NCBI GenBank assembly: GCA_010909165.1
Contig: VJWM01000011.1
Span: 248,001-312,000 of the forward strand
DNA length: 64,000 nucleotides
Direction of reading: 5' to 3'
Source: Anthoceros angustus
Lineage: Eukaryota > Plantae > Anthocerotophyta
Under the pieces are notes generated by a model, which saw only the letters and a list, made by a program, of their open reading frames with translations, ran no database searches and was not told the origin of the DNA. Of the stretch, positions 26,383-37,107 are shown in pieces; the stretch's first letter is position 1; each line of letters starts with the position of its first letter. The translations under genes were made by a program, and so were the position numbers.

Positions 26383-27231
26383 CCTCAACATCAACTCTTC
26401 TACATCCTACAACAAAAACTATTCCACATCCTCGTGCATCAAATTTGCCTTCAATTTCTTCCACTCCATCATGCGTAATTTAATGTGTCTATGTACTCTT
26501 CCCGCCTTCCTTTTGGCTTCAAATGGTTCGGGTTATACCAATTGTAATCAACAAACAACTCTTCCCGCATTAATGGTCCTCACGCCCAAGTGCAAATCCA
26601 ATCAAGATGGTCGTCACTTAGTAGCTCATGCCCATCCGACCTTTCTTCCCAAATGCAATTTTGCTTGATTGCGATATTTCCACTACTACTATTCATATAT
26701 CCCACATTCCCCATATGCAACATGCCCATCGAGGTACTCAATTGGGCCATCATTAACATCTTTACGGAGTCTATTGAAAGTCAATGCATACTTGAAATCG
26801 GTAACTGTTGTAGTTCACTATCTTGTTATATTCTCCCTGTATACTTTGGACCCCAAACACAAACAAAGGAACTCCATTCACATTATCTTTTCTCACTACG
26901 ATTTTCTCCATGGAAAATAAACCCAACCCCATGGTCGGGTTTGTTGCCTCCTTCACTATCCACCTTCGCCCCAATATAGAAATGACTTGTTAATAGGAAT
27001 AGGTCCCTTCTCCCACATTCCCCATTCTCTAGGGTACACGCCTTTCAAAAGATGCTTGTATAAAACAATAGCATCATGAGACTTTGGATCTTCCCCTCTT
27101 TTGGATGATAAGGAGGTGCAATAAAGGGTCCGGTCTGCCTTTCCATCCAAAGGTTTTCCTACACCGCAAAGCCATGTGTCCACTCCTACGCTCACTTGTT
27201 ATAACATGCAAACAAATCGAACTCCTTCCAA
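26383..27231 (-). pseudogene. SET-domain (lysine methyltransferase fold) exon lying inside the CACTA transposase gene
   Basis: Across small frameshifts: RRWIVKEATNPTMGLGLFSMEKI, KYALTF, YLDGHVAYG/NVGYMNSS..QNC and ICTWA/VRTINAG(E)ELFVDYNW. These match the SET signatures GxGLF, RxxNxS and GEELxxDY. A ttttttatag acceptor precedes 27231. Confidence 0.75.
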
Positions 27232-27450
27232 CTATAAAAAACAACCATAATTACACATATGAATAATTAAACTACCTTTAATATAACAAGAGAAACATAC
27301 TTACCACAATTAGTATGCCACATCGTAATTATTCTATAGATAATATTATATAATTGCTTTATTATTGTATTTTCTAGCATAGAAGAAAAGGGCTCCATAA
27401 TTACTTCATTAGTTTATTTCCTAGCATAGAAGAAAAGGATTGCAACTCAC

Positions 27451-27720
27451 GGTTGTGGCTACGGGTGGTTCTCCTTGTTCGCTATTTCTTCTCCTCTCTC
27501 CTCCTCCTCCTTCTCCTCTCCTTCTCCTCCTCGTTGTTCTTCTCCTCCTCGTCCTCCTTCTCCTCCTCGTTCTTCATCTCCTTGCGGTTCTCCACCGGGA
27601 CTTCATTCTGGGAGGTAAGGTCCATTCTTGCGCAAATGTTTACGTGCTTGGTTAGCTCAGAACTCGCCTTGCACTCTTTGCACCAACATTTTGGAAAATA
27701 TATTGGATATTTGGGCGCTT
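27451..27720 (-). pseudogene. N-terminal exon of the CACTA transposase (transposase-associated CxC..HL..NG domain plus acidic tract)
   Basis: KCWCKECK...RKHLRKNGPY followed by an E/K-rich tract. It ends at a GTGAGT donor at 27450. Confidence 0.65.
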
Positions 27721-30096
27721 AAATCTGAGCGATCCATAAGGACCTACCCTCAACAATGATCGTGGGTTAGCTTAAGCGACAACTTGCCCCTGTCTTCCGA
27801 GCACGTTGGAAAGTGCAGGCTACCTTCGATGAAGTGCTCACCGCCTCGCTCCAACCTCCGTGATCGGCGTAAACCGTCGAGCCAATTCTAATCTAGAGCA
27901 ATTCCATGCAACTTCGATAACGCGATACTCAAAACGCTTTACAAAGAGCATAGACTGCTGCAGCGGACTTGTAGCTATCTAGCATCCGGATGGTCGATTT
28001 AGGTGTGCAGTTTTATTGACCCTTGCTACTAGAAGGCCCTCGCCGCGATGGAAGGCCCTTCTAGCTATGTAGTGGATGGTTAGTACAAGAGAAAGGCCTC
28101 TTACAGTGCTTGTTAGGCGGTCAATCCAAAGCGCTTTACAACACGAGGCGTTGCAAATCGGTTTGGGAAATTTGCAACGCTCTCTTATCAACGCACTCGC
28201 AGCAACATTTGCAACGCACGTGACCAATTCTAATCATGAGCAATTGCATGCAACTTGACAATACTAAACGCTTTGCAAAAGACCCGCAGCGGACTTGTAG
28301 CTATCTAGCATCGCGCGGATGGTCGACCCTTGCTATGAGAAGGCCCTCGCTTCGCACAATGGGCGGCTTGGCCTCTTACTCGATGATGCCGCGAAACGCA
28401 GCGCTTGGCCTCTTACAGCATCGGTCCAAAGCGCTAGCTAGCGTTACAGCTTTGGGCAATTTGCAAAGCATTCGTAAAGCACCGTAGTGTGCTATTGATA
28501 TAGCCTTAGCTTACTTAAAGGCGCAAGCCTTTCCTTATTGCGTGGGACTCAAGATTGTGAAATGTGTGAGCAACTTTATATCAAAAGCTCGAATGCCTTT
28601 ACATCGATAGGCGGATCGTCTTTGCCAACCTCGCGTGACTTGGGTAGACTACGAAACCACATTTGTGATGAGTTCATTATCACTCGGATCCGGCTCGGTC
28701 CGTGTCGGAGCATAGTCTTCACAAAGGTAAGGTGGCTCCGTCATGCTCCATTCGTGATGCCGATTAAAACCTTGAGCCCCAAACAAAATCTACCTTGTTA
28801 GCATTTATCATGCAGAAAGCAGATCACTCACAGACTTTTACACTTACGATAGAAGGAGATGATTAGGTTAGGCACAAGATCCATTTCTCCCGTCAAGTCG
28901 AGTCATCCGAGTTCCGCTTCTTCACAAAAGTAAGCCCTTGGAGACCACGGATCGAGAGTAGTACCAATGTGATGATAGCACACCAAGGCGTGCAGCGTGG
29001 AAGCATGTGACCAAAAAACAAGGACGAGTTCCATCCGGAAGGGTGGGACCCTTCTCTTTCTCCGAGGAAGGCTAGGAAGCGGACGCAATGTTACACAACC
29101 CTTGTCACAAGGGTCAAAGTTTGCACAATTCAGGCATCACCTCCTCTTCATCACGCATCTCCTCCGGCTGGGATCCACCTCCGGAAGGTCCTCGGCCGCC
29201 GGCGCCAGTTGTCGGCCATCACCTCCGGATGGTTCTCGGCCGGCTCGCGTTGTCTACCGCCATCGCTGCTCAAAACGCACTTGGCCGGGTCGGGCTTAAC
29301 ACAATCGGAGTTCACAACCGAGTTCACAATCAGGTCGGACAAACACAATCGCTCAAAGTGTGTGCGGCTCACTTTGAGGTACCGTCGATTCGCGCAGGAA
29401 CGGATCAGCTGTAAAACTATAGTGTACAGACCGAGTTCGCACTGGGAAACAGGAACAAAGTGACAGGCCCCCAAGGAGCCCCTTACTCTCAAACTCCATG
29501 GCGTCAAAGAAACCATATGTGGGTCTTTCAACTGTCTCGGCAGTGTACAGTAGAGTGGGTGTGGGCGGTGTTAATGCGGAACCTCGAAATGCGTTCTGGT
29601 GTGCGATCAGAGGATTGAACTCTCATTAGGTACCGCCTAGCCCGCTTGCTGTACTGGCAACATCAACAACTGGCATGATGATGAGTGCCAAGAAGACTTA
29701 AATTCTTTAGCAGCACCGTTTAAGGAGGGGCGAATCAGAGGTTTTAAGACTCGGGCTCAAGTGGATGGCCGAGGAAGCATTGCCCCTTTAGCCCTTATTC
29801 TATTCATTCCCCGGATCTTTTACACATTAAAGGGGCACGAGTCCCAAGCAATAGCCTTGAAAGCACCTAAGGGACAACATAGCTACGCTCCATACAATCC
29901 CTCTATCGCCATCAAAATATCTCCGAGGAGCACACTCGCTAAGCAGCCCTGTGCTCAAGCACTCCGTTGTCATATCATATCCATTTTCATGCCAATGGTT
30001 TCCCTCAAAAGGAAAGAAGCATTAAAGCTTTATTTGTAGGCTTGCATGGGTCACCATCAAAACCTCATCACTCATATGCTTTCACCCATTCTGACG

Positions 30097-30406
30097 CCGG
30101 GTAATTGCAGAGTTGCGGCATGGGGACCTCTTCCACTCCTCCAATATTGTGTCCAGCATTGAGTTTGATCGGGATGACGAGCTATTTGCCACTGCTGGAG
30201 TATCAAGGAGGATAAAAGTGTTTGAGTTTGCAACGGTGGTCAATGACATGGCTGATGTGCATTGTCCCGTGGTAGAAATGTCTACCCGCTCCAAATTGAG
30301 TTGTATGAGTTGGAACAAGTACATAAAGTCGCACATTGCGTGCAGTGATTATGAAGGGATTGTTACAGTATGGGATGTGAATACGTGCCAGAGCATCACG
30401 GAGTAT
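30097..30406 (+). pseudogene. COP1: Captured COP1 WD40-region fragment
   Basis: Uninterrupted RVIAELRHGDLFHSSNIVSSIEFDRDDELFATAGVSRRIKVFEF..HCPVVEMSTRSKLSCMSWNKYIKSHIACSDYEGIVTVWDV..SITEY. Similarity stops mid-exon at both ends, and no other COP1 exons are nearby. Confidence 0.85.
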
Positions 30407-31189
30407 GTGTACCAGACAGGCCCAGCGCCTAAACCTCACCCGAAGTTTATTACTTGGTTCTCGCGGGATTCTGTTCTGGCCCGCAGCTCCACTCCACCGG
30501 CTAGTTGCAATCTAGTTTTCTCAACTAAGTGTTCGCCACAAGAAGCCGAGAACTTTGCAAAGGCAGGGTGTGCATGTTCAGGCGTGGTGCCTTTTTGCAT
30601 ATTTAATGAATCTCCACCAATTGTGATGACCTTACTTTGACCTCTTTCTTGTAAAAAAGCCACCCTAACATGCAAAAAGCCATTTGGGCACCAGGTGAGC
30701 ATCTTTGCCTACCATGAACTAAGGTGAACAGATACGTATGTACACAAGAATGTAGGGGATCGGTTTGTGCGCATGACCGATCCTAAGCGCCGTGGCCGAC
30801 CTTTCTTGAGAAACAAGAGCCGAGCCGCACGGTAGAGAGAGAGGGTCTCTTAGTTTCCTTTTGTGCGTTCCATATGTGTACCACTTTTACCTACTAGAGA
30901 TTTTAGAACGTAAAAGTGAACGCGTTGTAAATAGTAATAGTTTCTAATTTTACAACGGAGTGTGTTGTAAATGGTAATAGTTTCCGACTTAACAACGGAG
31001 CGCGTTGCAAATAGTAGTTTCAAAGTCGTTTCATACAAACTCACGCACTGCAGTGCACGGTAGGTGACGCAGTGCACATGGCGGTGTGCAATGCATGCAA
31101 GATCTTGTCCAAGGAACATGCTTGCACACAAATCGATATAAAGGCGGGTTCATATGCAGTAGATGTTTACATACCGCGGCGTATGTGTT

Positions 31190-31520
31190 GAGAGCCTCTG
31201 TCGATTGCCCTCGGGGTGTGTGAGCTTGCCATCGGGGTGTGTGGCGTGGGGAGCTTGTGCTAGTGTACTTGAGGGCCATGCGGCTTGCCATCGGGTATGT
31301 GAGGTGGGGAGCTTGTGTAGCTAGTGTAATTGAGGCCATGCGGCTGCCATCGGGGTGTGTGAGGTGGGGAGCTTGTAGCTAGTGTAATTGAGGGCCATGG
31401 GGCCACCATCGGGGTGTGTGAGGCCGGGCTTGCCATCGGGATGTGTGACGAGTGGGAGCTTCATGTAGTAGTGTAATTGAGGCCATGCGCACCGCCATCG
31501 GGGTGTGTGTGTATTATAAT
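31190..31520 (+). repeat. Degenerate ~60-bp tandem repeat (gccatcggggtgtgtgaggtggggagcttgtagctagtgtaattgagg...)
   Basis: About 5-6 imperfect copies are visible. Confidence 0.75.
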
Positions 31521-33117
31521 TGAGAGTCTATGTGTTTGAGAGAAGCGGGAAGCCAACCATGCCTCTGCACATTTTAGAAGCGCGGGAAGGCCATGAGAAG
31601 TGCGGGAAGGCTTTGTAAAGCGCGGAAGAAGAAGCCGGAATTTGACGTCCATCCGTACACAAGGCCCGCACCTTGCTTAAGATTGTCGACTTGGCTTTGC
31701 GGCAGCTTCAAGGATTGCTTGATGAGAGATTGCGACTTTGCTTAGCAGCGTCACATGTTGAGTCAGCCTCCCCCTCTCACGCGAGATCTTGGTCGCGGCC
31801 GCGTTGTGTATTGCACACAAGCTCTAACAACGGCACATGGTGTTTAGTTAGTGACTACACACAAGCTCGTGTTTAGTTAGTGACGCAATTACCTACAACA
31901 CAATTAATTAGGGCTTTGAATTCCTTGGATCAAGAAGGTTTGTGTGCATCCCCAATCTCTTATGCTTGGTGCTTTTTAGGGCACGCACTTTCATGGGCAA
32001 AGGTTGCTAAGCGCCTTTCTACTAACCCCAACCACCTTGCAATGTAGATGGTGCACTACACGTGCAAGTCGGTTGGGTTTGCATTGTCATGCGCGATAAG
32101 GAAACAAGACTTTTGGCCACATTAGTGGTGGGGGCAGCGGGATGCCGTGGTGGAAGGATCGCCTCTAACGGCTCGGTGGTTGGGTTTAGTAGGCAGCGCA
32201 AGGAGGCTGCTTTCCGCTTGTCGACAAGCCTAGCGTGCGAAAAAATGGGCCACCGTGAAGGCAAAGAAGCGGGAGGGCGTCTCAAAGGAGCGGCGGAAGC
32301 GCCCGTCTTGTCGCCTCGAAATGTGAGTTGTGCATCAACGGCTTTGTCCGCGCATATCGCAGGTTTGAATCACGCCCTTCAACTAGTTCGCGAGCTCTAG
32401 GGTCGGTGATGATAATGAGCTCTAAGATGGCTTTTCTTTTCTCACTTGTGTGGTAGGAAAGCGGGCGATCGCCCGCGGTGGAGACAAGCAGCCTCCTCCC
32501 GATGCCGTGGAGGAGGGCGGAGGAGGCGGCCTCCCGATGCCGTGGAGGCGGCCTCCTCTAATGCCGTGGAGGAGGAGCGCCTCGATGCCGTGTGGAGTCG
32601 GCGCTGCCGCTAATCCCATGGCGGCGCGCTCTGTGGAAGAGCTCGTGCCGTGCTTCGTGGAGAAGCGAAGATCTCAAGTCACCACCACCTCCTCTTAGGT
32701 CTTCGGATGAGAGAACAAGGGCCACCAGCGGTGGCTTATGTGCACAGGACCTTTTGAGAAAGATGATAGCTGCGAAGGCAAGCCCTTCCTCCCTTGTCCG
32801 TGACACTGCGGCTCAAAACTTACCGGACCTTCAATCCAAGGTCAGTACTCCCATGCCACCTCCACCACTCCTACTCCTAACCCTTCCGTCAATGTTGGTT
32901 CTCGCAGTTTGAAGAAGTGCAGCCTGATGGAGCAGCAGAAGTGGAAAATCCAATGTGGAGGAGGGAGATGGCGGGGCGGAGATCCGCCGCCAAGGAGAAA
33001 TCGAATTAAAGGAGATCGCCCAAATGCATACGTCATTCCACAATGGACATTCATCTAGAATCGTGTTTCGGTTTTAGTTGAAATGACTCCTTGCTTTTAC
33101 TTTCATAAGCTTGTCCA

Positions 33118-33512
33118 GGCGGTGTGTGGCCTTGCGCCCAATGTTTCTCTTTTGGTCTCTCAAGCCACGCAGGCAAGTGTGTGGCCTTGAGCCGATGTTT
33201 CTCTTTTGGTCTCAAGCCTAAAGCCACAAGTGTGTGGCCTTGATCGCCGTATTTTCTATTGTCTCAAGCCTAAACATGCGGTGTGTGGCCCTTGTGTGTT
33301 CTTTTGGTCTCTCAAGCCTAACAGTGTGTGTGGGCCTGCCCGTGTTTTTTGGTCTCTCAAGTCTAAATGGCGGGCCGCCCATGTTTCTCTTTTGGTCTCG
33401 CAAGCCTAAACTGGCGGTGTGTGGCCTTGAGCCCATGTTTCTCCTTTGGTCTCTCAAGCCTAAACAGTGTGTTTCTCGTTTGGTGTCAAGCTAAACATGC
33501 GGTGTGTGGCCG
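33118..33512 (+). repeat. Degenerate ~55-60-bp tandem repeat (gtgtgtggcc...tttggtctctcaagcctaa)
   Basis: About 7 imperfect copies are visible. Confidence 0.75.
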
Positions 33513-33639
33513 CTTGGCTAACAAGGATGTACATGGCATGCATGGCATGTGCATACAAGCATGTGGCCTATACATGCCAGCCACATGCACCGCAGCATGT
33601 ACAAGCATATTCGATGTTTTCCTTCTCATGTGTCGGGTT

Positions 33640-34860
33640 GGATTAAAGAAGATTCATACGATTATGAAGTGCTCCAATTTCGGTTGAGGTGGGCACTTCA
33701 TGGATCCATTGATTGGCAACCGGGAGAGAAACTAGAGACACAAGCAATTGTGGAGGCAGCCATTCAAGAGATGTTGGTGGGATTTGGAGCATGGCTCATG
33801 TGTGTGACCAAATGTTCAACACCATGTTGCGCAATTGGAAGAACAATCTTGCAAGATGCGCAAGACAATTTCTTGAGGGTAATCATCCACCTAAGTATAA
33901 GCCTCGTGATATCTCGGTGACCGGTGGGATCGCATTGTGGAGAATGAAAAGCCAAGGCCGGGATGGAGATGTCGCACAAAACGCATAGCAATGTTGAGGA
34001 AGTTGAACTCGGATGCTGCCGTATGCCCACTTTGGTAATGGTGGGTTTGTGAAGTTTACAAATCGGTTTTACCAACTCTTTGGTAGACGCCTCACAGCAA
34101 GAGGCAGGCGAAGGCCGGGAAATTGGATAATAAAACTTGAAACATATTGGGCGCCAATCTTCCTCATCCGGCGTTTGGCTCCAACCCCAGAATAGGTGCC
34201 AAACAATTGTGGCGGGACCTCAAGGATGCTGGTTACAAAGATGATGATTTGGATGGTAAGATTTTGATTTGATGTCTTTGCAAGTTTTGATTGTCCTATT
34301 TTAACTCGTTTTTGGATTTGCCATAGGAGCCGTATCGGCATTGGGCGCAAGCAAATGGATGATAATGACTGGTTTTTGGACAATTTGGTGCCTAGATTGA
34401 AGCCCGGGTTAAGTGAGGATCTTTCTCCTGTAGTTCTTATAGAAGATCTTTCAAGTCTTTGTTGTAACACCGCTTCTTGGTAACATATTCGATTCTTGCA
34501 GAATCGGGTGTGGCCTCCGCCCCTGGTGGGAAGCCTTAACCTCCCAAGTGTGGTCAAGACCGGTGTGGAACGAAGCCACGATGAAGTACTTGTTGAAGTT
34601 GAACCACTCCATCTCATGGAAGAGGTGGAAGAATTTGAAGAGGTTGAGGTATCCTCTCTAAATGCGAGGAAAAGTTTTTCAATCTCATGGCCTCTCATCG
34701 ACGGGCAGAACTTGAAGCTCAACGCCTTTCTGTGAAGCTAGGTCTGGACTACGCCAAAGAGCTCAAGTCATCAAGGGTGAAGAGCATGAAGAGGAAGGAA
34801 ATGAGGCTTCAACAAGTCCAATTTGAAGAGATCAAGGAGCGAGGAATTCTAGTTTGGTGC
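33640..34860 (+). pseudogene. Probable CACTA second gene (TnpA/Transposase_24-like), degenerate
   Basis: Protein-like spliced fragments (MFNTMLRNWKNNLARCARQFLEG..PRDISVTGWDRIVE) inside the CACTA, on the strand opposite the transposase. Family assignment rests on position and weak motif resemblance. Confidence 0.4.
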
Positions 34861-34899
34861 TTTCTTTTAGTTGCTCCTTAGAAACTCTTAGAAATTGAT

Positions 34900-35040
34900 C
34901 GACATCGCTTTTGTGGGAATGTCCCTTGTGTGTGTCTGGGGAATGGCCCCAATGTTTGTGAGTGTGTGTGCGGGGAATGGCCCCATGTTTGTTTGTGGGA
35001 GTCTGTGTGTCCGGGAATGGCTTCTATGTTTGTGTGTTTA

Positions 35041-35076
<36 letters not shown>

Positions 35077-35490
35077 TGTGTGTGTGAGTTTTGTGCGAGC
35101 ACTGCAAGTGTGTGCGAGCCTTGTGAGCAGTGAGAGCCTATGAGCACTGTGAGAGCTTGTGAGCCGGAGCTTGAGCCTTGAAAATTGAGCCTTGAGCTGT
35201 GAGAGGGAGAGTCTGTGAGCCTGGGCGTGAGAGGAGAGTCTGAGCTGTGTGAGGCGAGCACAGAGCTGAAAGCCTATGAGCTTGTGAGAGCGATAGCTTG
35301 CAGAGGAGAGCTTGTGAGGCGAGAGCTGTGGAGGCGCGAGCTTGTGAGCTTGTGAGCGAGAGCTTGAGAGCGGAGCGGGCGAGCCTATGAGCGTGAGAGC
35401 CTGTGGCGCTGATTATGAGAGCCCGTGTGGGTTTGTGCGAGTTTGTGGGCCGTTGTGAGTTTGTGTGAGTTGAATGTGTGGATTTGTGTG
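34900..35490 (+). repeat. (TG)n microsatellite and low-complexity GAGC/TGTGA repeats
   Basis: Pure (TG)n run at ~35043-35074, flanked by degenerate gagcttgtga repeats. Confidence 0.85.
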
Positions 35491-35736
35491 AGGATCATGT
35501 TCATTTTGGGGTTTAGAATCGCTTGCATTTGGTAGTAGCATTCCATTTCTCGTGTGACTAATGCACAACAAGGTGCAAGATACAAAATTTACAACAAAGG
35601 ACGTTGTAAAACACTTGTTGTAAATATGCCCCATTTAAAGAAGCTGAAAATAGATATTTGTGTTATTAATAATATGTATTTTGTTTAAAAGTCTTTATAT
35701 ATATATATATATACTTAAAAGGCGTTGTAATTTAAA

Positions 35737-36810
35737 TGTTGTAATTGCTTTTCAATTGGGATGTTGTAGATGGTTTTGTAAAGCAGTCGTTGTAAAGCGT
35801 TGTACCCACAACGTCTCAAACTTAGATGTTGTAATTGCTTTGCAATTGGGATGTTGTAGATGGTTTTGTAAAACAGTCGTTGTAAAGCGCGTTGTACCCA
35901 CAAGGGCGTCTCAAACTTAGATGTTGTAATTGCAATTGGGATGTTGTAGATGGTTTTGTAAAACAGTCGTTGTAAAGCGCGTTGTACCCACAGGGCGTCT
36001 CAAACTTAGATGTTGTAATTGCTTTGCAATTGGGATGTTGTAGATGGTTTTGTAAAGCGTTGTAAAGCGCGTTGTACCCACACGAGACGTCTCAAACTTA
36101 GATGTTGTAATTGCTTTCGCAATTGGGATGTTGTAGATGGTTTTGTAAAGCAGTCGTTGTAAAGCGCGTTGTACACCAGACGTCTCAAACTTAGATGTTG
36201 TAATTGCTTTTGCAATTGGGATGTTGTAGATGGTTTTGTAAAGCAGTCGTTGTAAAGCGCGTTGTACCCACAGACGTCTCAAACTTAGATGTTGTAATTG
36301 CTTTTGCAATTGGGATGTTGTAGATGGTTTTGTAAAGCAGTCGTTGTAAAGCGCGTTGTACCCACGAGACGTCTCAAACTTAGATGTTGTAATTGCTTTT
36401 GCAATTGGGATGTTGTAGATGGTTTTGTAAAAGCAAAGTTGTAAAGCGTTGTACCCACAGACGTCTCAAACTTAGATGTTGTAATTCCTTTTGCAATTGG
36501 GATGTTGTAGATGGTTTTGTAAAAGCAGTCGTTGTAAAGCGCGTTGTACCCACCGAGACGTCTCAAACTTAGATGTTGTAATTCCTTTTGCAATTGGGAT
36601 GTTGTAGATGGTTTTGTAAACAGTCGTTGTAAAGCGCGTTGTACCCACACAGACGTCTCAAACTTAGATGTTGTAATTCCTTTTGCAATTGGGATGTTGT
36701 AAATGGTTTTGTAAAATGTCGTTGTAAAGCGCGTTGTACCCACACAGACGTCTCAAACTTAGATGTTGTAATTCCTTTTGCAATTGGGATGTTGTAAATG
36801 GTTTTGTAAA
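35737..36810 (+). repeat. Right subterminal tandem array of the CACTA, ~12 x ~93 bp
   Basis: Unit tgttgtaattgctttgcaattgggatgttgtagatggttttgtaaagcagtcgttgtaaagcgcgttgtacccacagacgtctcaaacttaga, built from the GTTGTA motif. Confidence 0.93.
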
Positions 36811-37107
36811 TGGCACCACGTCATCACATGGTGATGTGGCAATGAGGGCCATGTCATCAAATTATGCCATGTCATCACGATGATGTGGCAATGAAGCCAT
36901 GTGGCAACAACATGCCATGTCATCACTTGGTGATGTGGCGATGATGTGGCGCCACATCACCACTTTAATGACATGGCCGGGCGGCCATGTCATCAATTTT
37001 ACAACGTCATGAAGCTCTCGGTTTACAGCGGGCGTTGTTGCGCGTTTACAACGCCACGCGTTGTAACACCCGTAAAACCGTTGTAAAACCCTCATTTTCT
37101 TGTAGTG

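Larger units (their letters stand above)
16665..37107. mobile_element. CACTA (En/Spm) DNA transposon, 20.4 kb, inserted in the Gypsy RT
   Basis: Termini are CACTACAAG (16665) and CTTGTAGTG (37107), with a perfect 3-bp TSD CTC (16662-16664 / 37108-37110). TTTACAAC/GTTGTAAA subterminal motifs occur at both ends, and an internal Tnp2 transposase is present. Confidence 0.93.

Noticed and set aside
28530-29530. Protein-like minus-strand fragments inside the first CACTA
   Set aside because: Probably captured host sequence, but I could not assign any family from motifs.
30113-30640. A functional COP1 gene
   Set aside because: Only part of the WD40 region is present, with no RING, coiled-coil or later WD exons, and it lies inside CACTA termini.
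34895-35261. Cys/Val- or His/Thr-rich ORFs
   Set aside because: Translations of the (TG)n microsatellite.
35737-36810. CRISPR-like appearance of the regular repeat array
   Set aside because: Units are contiguous and near-identical with no unique spacers, no cas genes are present, the context is eukaryotic, and the array is explained as CACTA subterminal repeats.
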